From positions 69,376 through 133,375 of the forward strand of contig JBGCGE010000010.1 of the NCBI GenBank assembly GCA_045110495.1: a stretch of 64,000 nucleotides of DNA, written 5' to 3'. Every line of letters begins with the position of its first letter. Position 1 is the stretch's first letter. Of the stretch, positions 19,348-29,893 are shown piece after piece. A model generated the notes under the pieces. That model was not told the origin of the DNA and did not search any database. It saw only the letters and a list, made by a program, of their open reading frames with translations. The stretch is from Gammaproteobacteria bacterium (GTDB lineage Bacteria; Pseudomonadota; Gammaproteobacteria; CAJXQU01). The position numbers were made by a program, and so were the translations under genes.

Positions 19348-19473
19348 AAGTAAAGGTTATCACAGAAAAAAAAGCACTAGTAATCTGTATATTTGATGCT
19401 GGCATGCTTATTTAATAGTTTTAATAATATTAACCATACAGAGAACTATCATAATAAAAATTTGGAGATAAAT

Positions 19474-20748
19474 ATGAAAATTGAAACACTCGCGATACAT
19501 GCCGGATACGAGCCGGATCCAACAACAAAATCAGTTGCTGTACCCATTTATCAAACGACATCTTACGCCTTTGATAACACTCAACATGGGGCAGATCTTT
19601 TTGATCTAAAAGTTGAAGGGAATATTTATACGCGAATTATGAATCCAACGACTGCGGTTCTGGAACAACGTGTAGCCGCAATGGAAGGTGGCATCGGAGG
19701 TCTGGGATTGAGTTCTGGTATGTCAGCAATTACCTATTCAATCATGACGCTCGCGCAAAGTGGATCAAATATCATAAGTACGTCTACTCTTTACGGCGGA
19801 ACGTTTAATTTATTTGCGCATACACTGCCGCAATATGGAATCGATGTTCGATTTGCAGCATCTACCGATCTGGACAAAATGGCAACGTTAATCGATGAAA
19901 ACACCAAAGCAATCTTTTGCGAGTCTATCGGTAATCCAGCAGGAAATGTTGTGGATATAGAAGCTATTACTGACATGGCGCATAGCCATGGACTTCCGGT
20001 TATTGTCGATAACACCGTTCCTACACCGTATTTATGCCAACCAATTAACTGGGGTTGCGACATTGTTGTGCACTCTCTAACCAAATACATGGGCGGTCAC
20101 GGAACCAGCATAGGAGGCGTATTGATAGACTCAGGTAAATTTGACTGGGCGGCAAATAAAGAACGTTATGCCTGCTTGAATGAACCGGATCCTTCCTATC
20201 ACGGCGTCGTTTATACAGACGCATTAGGGCCAGCAGCTTATATTGGTCGTGCGCGCGTGGTTCCACTTCGAAATATGGGAGCAGCGATTTCACCAATGAA
20301 CAGCTTCCAGATTTTACAAGGCATAGAAACGCTACCAGTAAGAATGGACAGGCATTGTGAGAATGCACTGGCGGCAGCAAAATATTTGCGCGATCAGCCA
20401 CAAGTTGAATGGGTTAATTATTCTGGTTTGGACGATCATCCAGATCATGCTTTGGTTGAAAAATATATGGGTGGCCGAGCAGCCGGACTTATCTGTTTTG
20501 GAATTAAAGGCGGCAAAGAAGCAGGTGCAAAATTTATCGATGCACTTAAATTGATCACACGACTGGTTAATATCGGTGATGCTAAATCACTAGCTTGTCA
20601 TCCAGCCAGTACAACACACAGACAATTATCAGAAGACGAACTAGCAACGGCTGGAGTTAGCGAAGATCTGGTTAGACTCTCTATTGGTATAGAACATATC
20701 GACGATATTATTGAGGATATTGAGCAAGCTCTTGCCGCTGCAAAATAA
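19474..20748 (+). CDS. metY: O-acetylhomoserine aminocarboxypropyltransferase (O-acetylhomoserine sulfhydrylase)
   Basis: KIETLAIHAGYEPDPTTKSVAVPIYQTTSY and a Cys/Met-metabolism PLP-enzyme fold. Start at the ATG at 19474, preceded by GGAGA; the track's longer N-terminus is unlikely. Confidence 0.85.
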   Translation: MKIETLAIHAGYEPDPTTKSVAVPIYQTTSYAFDNTQHGADLFDLKVEGNIYTRIMNPTTAVLEQRVAAMEGGIGGLGLSSGMSAITYSIMTLAQSGSNIISTSTLYGGTFNLFAHTLPQYGIDVRFAASTDLDKMATLIDENTKAIFCESIGNPAGNVVDIEAITDMAHSHGLPVIVDNTVPTPYLCQPINWGCDIVVHSLTKYMGGHGTSIGGVLIDSGKFDWAANKERYACLNEPDPSYHGVVYTDALGPAAYIGRARVVPLRNMGAAISPMNSFQILQGIETLPVRMDRHCENALAAAKYLRDQPQVEWVNYSGLDDHPDHALVEKYMGGRAAGLICFGIKGGKEAGAKFIDALKLITRLVNIGDAKSLACHPASTTHRQLSEDELATAGVSEDLVRLSIGIEHIDDIIEDIEQALAAAK

Positions 20749-21692
20749 TGCAAAAAACGTTCTTTTTGATCGTCGTTTTACTGAGTACACCTGTTTTAGC
20801 AATTGATGCTGAAACAGGTGCACAGCACGCTGCAAAAGGAGATTTCGCAACCGCCTACAATATATGGAAGGTTTTCGCCGAAGAAGGCGATGCGATGTCG
20901 CAGTTTTATCTGGGTGTGTTGTACGAAAAAGGCAGCGGTGTAGAAAAAGACTATCCTCAAGCATTATTCTGGTATATCAAATCTGCTGAACAAGGTGTCG
21001 CAAAAGCAAGCTATAACATCGGCAATATGTTCTTTAATGGTCGCGGAGTAAGTAAAGACTACAAAGAAGCAGAACGGCGTTTCAGGCATGCAGCGGATCT
21101 AAATTACCCACCGGCACAATTTAACCTTGCTTATATTTTGGATAGAGGTTTAAACGGTAAAAAAAATCCAACAGAAGCATTTAACTGGTATTTAAAATCC
21201 GCCGAAAATGGTGTTCAAAAAGCTCAATCTAAAGTGGGGAAATTGTATGAGACCGGTAGCGGTGTCGCTAAAAATAAAGAAAAAGCGATCTACTGGTACA
21301 AAAAAGTCGCACATAATAATCCTGAGATCAGGATCCGTTTAGCCAAGTTATATCTTAAAGATCAAAAAACGCTGGAAGAGGGTATACGTTTATTACGATC
21401 AGGCGCGGAAAACGGAGATAAATTAGCACAATATGAACTTGGCTATCTTTATGGCCAAGGAGAAAAAGTTAAACAAGATTTTGAACAAGCGACTTTTTGG
21501 TATCAACGAGCCGCGAAACAACAAGTCCCAGAAGCACAATATCTTTTATGTCTTTCTTACTCTCTAGGTAAAGGCGTCCCAGTAGATTTTGCTGTCGCTC
21601 AAGTCTGGTGTGAGGCTGCCGTATTAAACAAAGCAGAAGGTGCAGAAGCAGCGTTAGGAGAGATCAAAGAAGCGATGAGGAGAGCTGAGTAG
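20748..21692 (+). CDS. Secreted Sel1-repeat (TPR-like) protein
   Basis: Signal peptide plus about seven Sel1 repeats (e.g. AQFNLAYILDRG, AQYELGYLYGQG). Its ATG overlaps the metY stop (TAATG). Confidence 0.7.
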   Translation: MQKTFFLIVVLLSTPVLAIDAETGAQHAAKGDFATAYNIWKVFAEEGDAMSQFYLGVLYEKGSGVEKDYPQALFWYIKSAEQGVAKASYNIGNMFFNGRGVSKDYKEAERRFRHAADLNYPPAQFNLAYILDRGLNGKKNPTEAFNWYLKSAENGVQKAQSKVGKLYETGSGVAKNKEKAIYWYKKVAHNNPEIRIRLAKLYLKDQKTLEEGIRLLRSGAENGDKLAQYELGYLYGQGEKVKQDFEQATFWYQRAAKQQVPEAQYLLCLSYSLGKGVPVDFAVAQVWCEAAVLNKAEGAEAALGEIKEAMRRAE

Positions 21693-21746
21693 GTGAAAGG
21701 AGAGCTGAACTCTACCGATGTTGAATCGAGGATAATAGTCGAGTAG

Positions 21747-21782
21747 GTCGGCTTAGCGATAGAGCAAGCCGACATTTGATTT
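21747..21782. terminator. Hairpin terminator after the Sel1 gene (gtcggctt-N11-aagccgac, followed by a T-rich tract)
   Basis: 8-bp perfect stem followed by atttgatttt. Confidence 0.4.
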
Positions 21783-21911
21783 TAATGAGCATTACTACGT
21801 TAAGTTTTGTAGTCCTTATTATTTAGAATGAAATTTTAGATTGATCGTGGAAAGAATTTCTTGTCGGTTTACGCTACGCTAAACCGATCTACGAGAGTTA
21901 AAAACAATATC

Positions 21912-22823
21912 TCACTGTTTATCAGGTACCATTTTATCCGTAAGATTTACTTTAGATAGAAAATCTAAAAAATGCTGCTTATTTATTTGAAACGCTCCAT
22001 CCATGCCTAAATAGGCCACAAGATAAGAACCTTGAGAGGATGGTAAAAAAGTAATTTCTTTGTGGAGTTGTGACTGCTTGTTGTAAATATAAAAACTTTC
22101 GGATTTATTAAACCCTAGTGATTTGGGTTTTATTTTAGAACTTATATCAAACTGAGTAAGCCAGTAATTTTTAAATTCTTCCGTATTCTGTGATGGCGAG
22201 TGAATAAACATCAAAGTTGATTGAGAGCGCCCTGCTTTAGTTTTATCTTTTACTGCACCTGTAGAAATACTAAGTAGTTGGGTCTGCATTCCATTGGTGG
22301 CATTGAATTCATTTATATTTCCTATCATGAAATAGTAGGGAAATCTTACAGACCAAGAGCCGTGTTTTGACTCAACCCTATACATATCATTTACAGCAGA
22401 TATTTTAATGCCCTCACTCACTTTTATTGACGCCGGCATAGCCTTAGATTTTTTGTTTTTAACCTTGTTATAAAAAAGGTGTGCCCCAAAAACATCTAAT
22501 CTCTCAGCCCATGATAATAGTGCTTCTAAAACAAGATCATTCTCTTTCGGAAGAATTATTCCATGTTTTTTATTAAGTTCAGATACGTATGAGCCTAATA
22601 AATAATAAAGGTGTTCTTTCGCCCCTTCTATACTTTGAGCATCTAGTTTCGAGTAGTTTTCGTTTAACCAATTATTGAAAACTGTAGAGTCAACAATAAC
22701 TTTCGCATAGTCGAAAACTGGATCATTCAATGGGATTATTGAGTACCCATCCATAGGTTTATATTCATTCGAAAACGTGTTTGATGTGATGAATATTAAT
22801 AAGATAACAATTAAATTACGCAC
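21912..22823 (-). CDS. Secreted hypothetical protein (signal peptide), rich in Asn, Lys and Tyr
   Basis: MRNLIVILLIFITSNTFS signal peptide. No recognisable motifs. AT-rich codon usage. Confidence 0.4.
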   Translation of the reverse strand: MRNLIVILLIFITSNTFSNEYKPMDGYSIIPLNDPVFDYAKVIVDSTVFNNWLNENYSKLDAQSIEGAKEHLYYLLGSYVSELNKKHGIILPKENDLVLEALLSWAERLDVFGAHLFYNKVKNKKSKAMPASIKVSEGIKISAVNDMYRVESKHGSWSVRFPYYFMIGNINEFNATNGMQTQLLSISTGAVKDKTKAGRSQSTLMFIHSPSQNTEEFKNYWLTQFDISSKIKPKSLGFNKSESFYIYNKQSQLHKEITFLPSSQGSYLVAYLGMDGAFQINKQHFLDFLSKVNLTDKMVPDKQ

Positions 22824-22895
22824 ATATCCTCCGTGCTGATAGAGTGGAGAACTACAAATACACCACTAATTTATGGATTGAAAAACATTTTCACA

Positions 22896-24146
22896 TTAAG
22901 CTTGACTAAATTGAAAATAACCATCCCAAATTTGATCTAATTTTATTCTTGCACCGGCAGGTGGAACTACTGAGATTTGATCGCCGTTTAATTTTATCAA
23001 TTCCAATTCTTCTAGCTTTCTAAGCGCATCACTAATTTCAAAATCTAAGGAGTGTTGATACTTTTCTTTAAACCAATTTTCTATGGAATGATCAAGCTCT
23101 TTAGTAGTAAGACTATTATCTGATCGTAATAAAAAATAATAAGCAAGAATCGCTTCTTTGCATTCTTCCTCTTCGGCGGCATCAATCAGCTGATGAAAAA
23201 CGCCGGTGTTATTATCTAAATTTTTAAAATAAAGACTGTCTGCAAGCGTTTTCATAAATTTTATTTTGCGGTTTTTGAAATTGCTAAATTGTTTCCACAA
23301 GAAAGCGCCGAGTGTTCCGAAGCCAGCGACTAGTCCAAGTAAAGCAGCTTGATCAAGCACGACAGGTTCATGATGAAGACCGAACCAGAAGGCCAATAAT
23401 GATCCCGTTAATATTAGCGTTGCGCCTAACTTTGTTGCAAGCATAATTATTCCACCGACTGCGGCGGGCACACCGATGATCAATTTGTCGATGGTTTTCA
23501 TTTTCACTTTAGTGTTGGGGAACAGCATTTCAAGATCTGATCGCGGAATATTCTGGAACAGTTTTATTGTCGTTGATCCTGGTTTGAAAAATAAATTTTT
23601 TCGTTGCTGCTGATCAAAATATTTCTGATCTTTATATTTCACATAGATCACAACGCGATCATAATTAATAAATGAAATCGGTTTCTTTTTTAATCCAAAA
23701 AAACTTACTAAGGTTTCGTGTTTTTCAGATTCGCCACGCCGGAAAAAAAGTACTTGTTCAAAGTCATTAAAATCAACATTTAAACGGATCTTGAAAAGTG
23801 ATTCTTCTTGTAAAGCACGATCTAAATCTTCCTGATTGATGACTTCAAAATTAGCGGTATTCAATAATTTTTTTAGCTCGGAGATTAAAACCGCTTCCAT
23901 TTGATTTTTTTGATCGCTGGTTTTTTCATAGACTAGCTTCGTGTCAGCATCTGGATTAACTGCGGCGTAATTATCTTTCAGCAGTTCCAAACTTTTGTGA
24001 AATTTAAAATGAAAAATACTATCCAGCAGTTTGCAGACATCTTGAAATTTCAGAAGATCATCATTAGACAGATGACCTTCTTCACAACACATTGAGACAA
24101 TGTCCGATTTTCGATAGGGGATAAAACGTTGTTTGCTTACCGTCAT
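22896..24146 (-). CDS. DUF3754-like (TMEM143-like) membrane protein
   Basis: A cytoplasmic N-terminal half of about 210 aa, then two pairs of glycine-rich TM helices (IIGVPAAVGGIIMLATKLGATLILTGSLLAFWFGL ... LLGLVAGFGTLGAFLW), then a C-terminal helical domain. Lies downstream of lpd on the same strand. Confidence 0.45.
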   Translation of the reverse strand: MTVSKQRFIPYRKSDIVSMCCEEGHLSNDDLLKFQDVCKLLDSIFHFKFHKSLELLKDNYAAVNPDADTKLVYEKTSDQKNQMEAVLISELKKLLNTANFEVINQEDLDRALQEESLFKIRLNVDFNDFEQVLFFRRGESEKHETLVSFFGLKKKPISFINYDRVVIYVKYKDQKYFDQQQRKNLFFKPGSTTIKLFQNIPRSDLEMLFPNTKVKMKTIDKLIIGVPAAVGGIIMLATKLGATLILTGSLLAFWFGLHHEPVVLDQAALLGLVAGFGTLGAFLWKQFSNFKNRKIKFMKTLADSLYFKNLDNNTGVFHQLIDAAEEEECKEAILAYYFLLRSDNSLTTKELDHSIENWFKEKYQHSLDFEISDALRKLEELELIKLNGDQISVVPPAGARIKLDQIWDGYFQFSQA

Positions 24147-24201
24147 ACTTTAAGGAACCTCTGGTCGATCTGTTTTTATTGTTAACTAAGCAGAGAATAC
24201 C

Positions 24202-25617
24202 TTACAGATGCAATGTCCTTCCATCAACGCTTAAAGACGCTTCATGCATCGCTTCGGATAAAGTTGGATGTGCGTGAACGGTTCTGGCGATATCTTCCGT
24301 ACTTGCTTCAAATGACATCGCGAGCACGGCCTCGCTGACTAACTCTGAGGCATTAGGGCCAAAGATATGTACGCCGAGCAATTCATCAGTTTCTGCATCG
24401 CCGATCATTTTTATCAAGCCTGCGGTTTCGTTCATCGCGCGAGCGCGTCCGGTGGCGGCAAATGGAAAACTACCAATGCGAATGTTGCGACCTTCTGCTT
24501 TTAGTTGTTGTTCTGTTTTACCAACCCATGCAATTTCTGGCCAGGTGTAGACAACCCATGGAATATTATCGTGGCTGAAATCCGGTTTTTGGCCATCGAT
24601 CAATTCTGCAACCGCTACGCCTTCTTCCATTGCTTTATGTGCGAGCATTGGGCCGTGGATCACATCTCCAATTGCAAAAACATTTTCCAGATTTGTACGA
24701 CATTGATCGTCAGTTTCAATAAATCCTCGCTGATCAATTTTCAAACCAACTTGTTCAGCATTTAAACCTTCCGTATTTGGCTTTCTTCCAATGGCGACGA
24801 TCAGTTTATCTACTTCAAGGTCGTGCGATTCGCCTTTTTGATCATACTGAACTTTGACTTTTCCATTAGCTTTTTCACAACTGGTCATTTTTGCACCGAG
24901 CTGAATATCCAGACCTTGTTTGATCAAATTCTTTTGTGCTTCTTTTGCGATATCTTGATCTGCCGCGCCCATGAATTCATCCATCGCTTCGATAACGGTT
25001 ACTTTCGAACCAAGTCTACGCCAGACACTGCCGAGTTCTAAACCAATAACGCCCGCGCCGATCACGCCGAGGGTTTCCGGAACTTCCGCAAAAGATAAAG
25101 CACCGGTTGAATCAACAATTTGATCATTATCAACTGGTGCAGGTGGTAGTACCGCAGGAATTGATCCGGTTGCGATGATAATTTTTTTCGCGTTGACAGT
25201 TTGAGTTTGGCCATCAATAGTTTTTACGACGACTTCCAAATTTGATCGCAAACTACCAGTTCCTTCCAATAGAGTGATGTTGTGTTTTTTGAATAAGCCA
25301 GCCACACCCATTGTCAATATCTGGACAATTTTATCTTTGCGTTTGAGCATTTTGCTGACATCCATTTGTGCATTCTCAACGCTGATGCCGTGATCTTTTG
25401 CGTGCTTATTTATGTCTTCAAAATGGTGTGAGGAATCGAGTAATGCTTTTGAAGGAATACAACCGACGTTGAGACAGGTTCCACCGAGAACGGTTTTGTT
25501 TTTATCACTTTGCCACTTTTCAACACAGGCGGTTTTCATACCGAGTTGAGCACAACGAATAGCAGCCACATAACCACCGGGACCACCACCGATTACGACG
25601 ACATCATAATTATCCAT
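24202..25617 (-). CDS. lpdA: Dihydrolipoyl dehydrogenase (E3)
   Basis: VVVIGGGPGGYVAA, the GGTCLNVGCIPSK redox-active disulfide, and a C-terminal HAHPTLSE. Confidence 0.9.
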   Translation of the reverse strand: MDNYDVVVIGGGPGGYVAAIRCAQLGMKTACVEKWQSDKNKTVLGGTCLNVGCIPSKALLDSSHHFEDINKHAKDHGISVENAQMDVSKMLKRKDKIVQILTMGVAGLFKKHNITLLEGTGSLRSNLEVVVKTIDGQTQTVNAKKIIIATGSIPAVLPPAPVDNDQIVDSTGALSFAEVPETLGVIGAGVIGLELGSVWRRLGSKVTVIEAMDEFMGAADQDIAKEAQKNLIKQGLDIQLGAKMTSCEKANGKVKVQYDQKGESHDLEVDKLIVAIGRKPNTEGLNAEQVGLKIDQRGFIETDDQCRTNLENVFAIGDVIHGPMLAHKAMEEGVAVAELIDGQKPDFSHDNIPWVVYTWPEIAWVGKTEQQLKAEGRNIRIGSFPFAATGRARAMNETAGLIKMIGDAETDELLGVHIFGPNASELVSEAVLAMSFEASTEDIARTVHAHPTLSEAMHEASLSVDGRTLHL

Positions 25618-25648
25618 CTTTCTTCACCACCTTTATTTTCTATCTTAG

Positions 25649-26920
25649 TTAGATCTCAAGAAACAGCATGGCTGGCTCTTCTAATTGTTTTTTGATCGAC
25701 ACCAAAAATGAGACCGCTTCACGGCCGTCAATGATTCGATGATCATAAGATAATGCAACAAACATGACAGGTCGGATCACAACCTGGTTATTTTCTGCAA
25801 CGGGACGATCCTGTATCGCGTGCATCCCTAAAATCGCACTTTGCGGAGGATTAATAATCGGCGTTGATAACATCGATCCAAATGTTCCACCATTGGTGAT
25901 TGTGAAAGTGCCGCCAGTGAGGTCATCCAATGCCAGGCTTGAATTTTTGGCTTTATTACCCAGTTCACGAATTTTGCCTTCAATTTCAGGAAAAGACATT
26001 TGATCCGCATCTCGCATGACGGGCACGACTAAACCTCTGGGCGAACTTACAGCGACGCTAATATCGTAAAAGTCGTGATAGACGATATCCTGATCTTCGA
26101 TCGATGCATTGACCAGTGGAAATTCTTTTAGCGCATTGATCGCAGCTTGCACAAAAAATGGCATAAAGCCCAAACGATAACCGTATTTTTCTTCGAATTC
26201 AGGTTGGATTTTTGCGCGTAATTGTTTGACGGCAAGTAAATTAATTTCATTAAATGTTGTCAGAATCGCACTTTCTGACTGAGCAGATAATAAACGTTCA
26301 GCTGCGCGTTGACGCAAGCGGCTCATCGGCACGCGTCGTTCTTGTCTTTCAGTTATGTGAGACTCTTTGGTCTCACTATTTGTTTCATTAATACTTGCGT
26401 GGACTTGTGTCGTTGCAGTTTCTTTTACTGGGACTTGATTTTGCAGATGTGTTTGCACATCAGATTTTGTAATTCGTCCCTCTTTACCGCTACCTTCAAT
26501 TTCATTCGCATCCAGACCTTTTTCTGTGATTAATTTGCGCACAGCCGGGCCGGAAGCGGGGGTGGTTTTGGAAACTAAATCTGAAGTATTTTCATCGAGA
26601 ATTTCGATTGTAGAATTCTGGATAGATTTTGGGGCAGATGTTTGAGCAGCTTCTTGATCAGAATCTTGAGCGGGCATTTCTGCATCGGTATCAATGATCG
26701 CAAGAATATCACCAGCAACAACGAGGTCACCTTCATTTTTTAAAATTTCTTTAAGAATGCCTTCGTTTAGTGCTGCAACTTCCAGAGTCACTTTGTCGGT
26801 TTCTAAATCGATCAAATTTTCGCCGCGTTTTACAAAATCGCCAAGTGACTTTTGCCATTCGAGTAGCGTTGCGTCTGCAACAGATTCGGCTAAGGCCGGT
26901 ACTTTTATTTCTTCTAACAT
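25649..26920 (-). CDS. sucB: 2-oxoglutarate dehydrogenase E2 (dihydrolipoyllysine-residue succinyltransferase)
   Basis: N-terminal lipoyl domain (DKVTLEV) and a C-terminal catalytic DHRIIDG motif. Confidence 0.9.
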   Translation of the reverse strand: MLEEIKVPALAESVADATLLEWQKSLGDFVKRGENLIDLETDKVTLEVAALNEGILKEILKNEGDLVVAGDILAIIDTDAEMPAQDSDQEAAQTSAPKSIQNSTIEILDENTSDLVSKTTPASGPAVRKLITEKGLDANEIEGSGKEGRITKSDVQTHLQNQVPVKETATTQVHASINETNSETKESHITERQERRVPMSRLRQRAAERLLSAQSESAILTTFNEINLLAVKQLRAKIQPEFEEKYGYRLGFMPFFVQAAINALKEFPLVNASIEDQDIVYHDFYDISVAVSSPRGLVVPVMRDADQMSFPEIEGKIRELGNKAKNSSLALDDLTGGTFTITNGGTFGSMLSTPIINPPQSAILGMHAIQDRPVAENNQVVIRPVMFVALSYDHRIIDGREAVSFLVSIKKQLEEPAMLFLEI

Positions 26921-29703
26921 TATTGATCCAGTTTTAGTGCTTGTTTAATTATAGCTTCTTGCTGTTTGATATGTTTGGAAAGATAACCCACCGCTGGTGA
27001 TGCTGAATAAGGTCGTGCGACACGTGTTAATTGATGATGACTATCTAAAGCGCCAGACAAATGTGTTCGGCCTAATAAATAAAACCAGCTACCCTGATTG
27101 ACTGGCTCCTCCTGAACCCAGACGACTTCTGTAGCATTCGGGTATTGAGCAATTAATGCTTGAACTTCTGGTTTAGGAAACGGATACAGTTGCTCAATTC
27201 GAAGAATAGCAATATCGTCAATCTTATGTGAACGTCGCGCTTCGAGTAGATCGTAATAGACCTTGCCACTACAAAATAACAAACGTGTGACGTTGTCTCT
27301 ATTCAGATCATCTTTTTCGTCTAAAACGTATTCAAATCGCCCGTGAGTGATGTCTTCTACTTCAGAGACAGATAACTTATGACGTAACAGACTCTTTGGC
27401 GTCATTACGATCAATGGTTTACGGTAAGGACGCAAGATCTGGCGACGGATCATATGAAACATTTGCGCTGGCGTGCTCGGAATGCAAACTTGCATATTTT
27501 CTTCTGCACAAAGTTGTAAATAACGCTCCAGTCGAGCGGATGAATGTTCAGGACCCTGGCCATCATAACCGTGTGGCAAGAACATCGTCAGGCCACAATG
27601 GCGTCCCCATTTTGCTTCGCTCGATGAAATAAATTGATCAATAACGACTTGCGCACCGTTGGCAAAATCACCGAATTGCGCTTCCCAGATAACCAGGACA
27701 TCGGGCTCGGAGCTGCTGTAACCAAATTCATAAGCAAGAATGGCTTCTTCGGAAAGGATCGAATTGATGATCCGAAACTGTGCTTGATCAGGTTTTATAT
27801 GCATCAGTGGGACAAACATATCCCCATTATTCATATCGTGGATAACCGCATGACGATGGGCAAATGTGCCACGTTCGCTGTCCTGTCCGGATAATCTGAT
27901 CGGATAACCAGCTTCCACCAAACTTGCATACGCGAGGCTTTCAGCAAAGCCCCAGTCCATATCAATTTCACCGGCAGCCATTAATTTTCGATTGCTGAGA
28001 ATTTTTTTGACGCCACGATGAGCCGTAAAGCCAGTCGGTATTGTGGTTAGTCTTTCACTCAATAGATCCATATGAGATTGGCTAATGGTGGTGGCGACCT
28101 CATCTCGCCAGTTTGTACCAAGATAGGGCTGGAAGTTGGTTTTAAACTCTTCTTCTCCAATAGAGCATATTTGCTGTCCAGAGACAGATTCATTTCTTTC
28201 CAGTGCCGCAATATAGCTCTCTTTCATCTCACTGACTTGTTCAGGAGTGACAACTTCTTCATTGATCAATTTTATTGAATAGATCTGACGTATATTTGGG
28301 CGATTTTTGATCTTTTGATACATCAATGGTTGAGTGATCATCGGTTCATCCGCTTCACTATGGCCGTGTCTTCTGTAGCAGATCAAATCGATAACAATGT
28401 CTTTATTGAATTCTTGCCGATAGGCAAATGCCAGAGAGCCTGCGTAAACAACGGCTTCAGGATCATCACCATTGACGTGAATGATGGGTGCCTGAACCAT
28501 TTTTGCGACATCGGTGCAATATAAGGTCGATCGTGAATCAAGTGGATCACTTGTTGTAAATCCGATCTGATTATTGATCACGATATGAACGGTGCCACCT
28601 GTTGCGTAACCTCGTGTTTGCGACAGATTGAACGTTTCCATGATCACGCCTTGACCAGCAAATGCCGCGTCGCCATGGATTAAAACAGGCATTACTTGAT
28701 CTCTCGCAATATCGTTTCGTCGGTCCTGGCGTGCTCGAACCGAACCTTCGATGACAGGGTCAATTATTTCTAAATGAGAAGGGTTGAAACCCAGGGTAAG
28801 ATGCACTGGACCGTGGAGTGTCTCCATATCTGAAGAAAACCCCTGATGATATTTGACATCTCCGGTTCTGGATTCAGTATCACCTCTGCCTTCAAATTCA
28901 TCAAACAGATCCGCGGGTTGTTTCCCCAAGGTGTTGACGAGAACATTGATTCTTCCTCGATGTGCCATACCAATAACAAGTTCTTTAACGCCATTTTCAG
29001 CGGAGTCATCTAAGATGTTATTAAGCAATGGAATGAGGCTTTCCCCTCCTTCGAGAGAGAACCTTTTCTGACCAACATAACGACTATGAAGATATTCTTC
29101 AAGCGAGCTTGCCGCAACGATTCGCTCCAGGATTCGGCGTTTTTTCTCAAAGGTAAATTTTGGATCGCCTCGATCAACTTCCAGGCATTGCTGGATCCAA
29201 CGTTTCTGCGAAGTTTCATTTATGTGCATATACTCAATACCTAAGGTCCGGCAGTAGGTTTTTTGCACAATATCGACAATTTCTCTTAAGGTTGCTTGCC
29301 TGATCCCTTGTAAGGAACCGGTATTGAAAACGGTATCCATATCCGATTCAGTCAGGTTGTGATATGTCGGCTCAAGTTCAGGAACTTCAGGACGCTCGTA
29401 GATTTGTAATGGATCTAGATTTGCTCGACGATGGCCACGAAAACGGTAGGCATTAATCAATTGTAGAACGGAAACCTGTTTACTGGAGTGACTTGCAAGT
29501 AACTCATCGGAAAGTTCGTCTAGTTGTGAGCTAGCCGAATTGAATTCTGTTTCGCTATTTCCTGTGATAGATGTCAGGTTCTCTAGCGTGTTTTGATCAA
29601 AATACGCTTTCCACTGCTCATCTACCGCATTAGGATTGTCCAGATAGACTTCGTACAAAGACTCAATGTAGTCCACATTATTACTATTCAGGCAATTTGC
29701 CAT
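26920..29703 (-). CDS. sucA: 2-oxoglutarate dehydrogenase E1 component
   Basis: 927 aa with ThDP-binding motifs ([10 protein letters not shown]) and the typical SucA N-terminus. Confidence 0.9.
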   Translation of the reverse strand: MANCLNSNNVDYIESLYEVYLDNPNAVDEQWKAYFDQNTLENLTSITGNSETEFNSASSQLDELSDELLASHSSKQVSVLQLINAYRFRGHRRANLDPLQIYERPEVPELEPTYHNLTESDMDTVFNTGSLQGIRQATLREIVDIVQKTYCRTLGIEYMHINETSQKRWIQQCLEVDRGDPKFTFEKKRRILERIVAASSLEEYLHSRYVGQKRFSLEGGESLIPLLNNILDDSAENGVKELVIGMAHRGRINVLVNTLGKQPADLFDEFEGRGDTESRTGDVKYHQGFSSDMETLHGPVHLTLGFNPSHLEIIDPVIEGSVRARQDRRNDIARDQVMPVLIHGDAAFAGQGVIMETFNLSQTRGYATGGTVHIVINNQIGFTTSDPLDSRSTLYCTDVAKMVQAPIIHVNGDDPEAVVYAGSLAFAYRQEFNKDIVIDLICYRRHGHSEADEPMITQPLMYQKIKNRPNIRQIYSIKLINEEVVTPEQVSEMKESYIAALERNESVSGQQICSIGEEEFKTNFQPYLGTNWRDEVATTISQSHMDLLSERLTTIPTGFTAHRGVKKILSNRKLMAAGEIDMDWGFAESLAYASLVEAGYPIRLSGQDSERGTFAHRHAVIHDMNNGDMFVPLMHIKPDQAQFRIINSILSEEAILAYEFGYSSSEPDVLVIWEAQFGDFANGAQVVIDQFISSSEAKWGRHCGLTMFLPHGYDGQGPEHSSARLERYLQLCAEENMQVCIPSTPAQMFHMIRRQILRPYRKPLIVMTPKSLLRHKLSVSEVEDITHGRFEYVLDEKDDLNRDNVTRLLFCSGKVYYDLLEARRSHKIDDIAILRIEQLYPFPKPEVQALIAQYPNATEVVWVQEEPVNQGSWFYLLGRTHLSGALDSHHQLTRVARPYSASPAVGYLSKHIKQQEAIIKQALKLDQ

Positions 29704-29893
29704 ACGATCTGATCCTGATAAAGGGTTAAAGATTTATACCGATTGAACGACTAATAAGTAGATTATGCTATACTTTATCGTTTTACCATTGCCAATTATT
29801 ATAATTCCGATAGCAAATACAATACCAAATTAGGTGGCGAACTAAGTGGTAAGTATAGCTATGTAACAACAACATTTTGCTGGAGTATTTTTA

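Noticed and set aside
19393-19473. Extended metY N-terminus (MMLACLFNSFNNINHTENYHNKNLEIN) from the ORF track
   Set aside because: There is no homology to MetY N-termini. A good ATG plus GGAGA RBS at 19474 gives the canonical MKIETLAIHAGY start.
19348-19473. SAM riboswitch or MetJ box upstream of metY
   Set aside because: The 125-bp spacer is too short and AT-rich, and has no recognisable SAM-II pseudoknot or AGACGTCT repeats.
21866-21886. Second hairpin (cggttta-cgctacgc-taaaccg) as a terminator for the minus-strand secreted-protein gene
   Set aside because: No U-tract on the relevant strand; weak.
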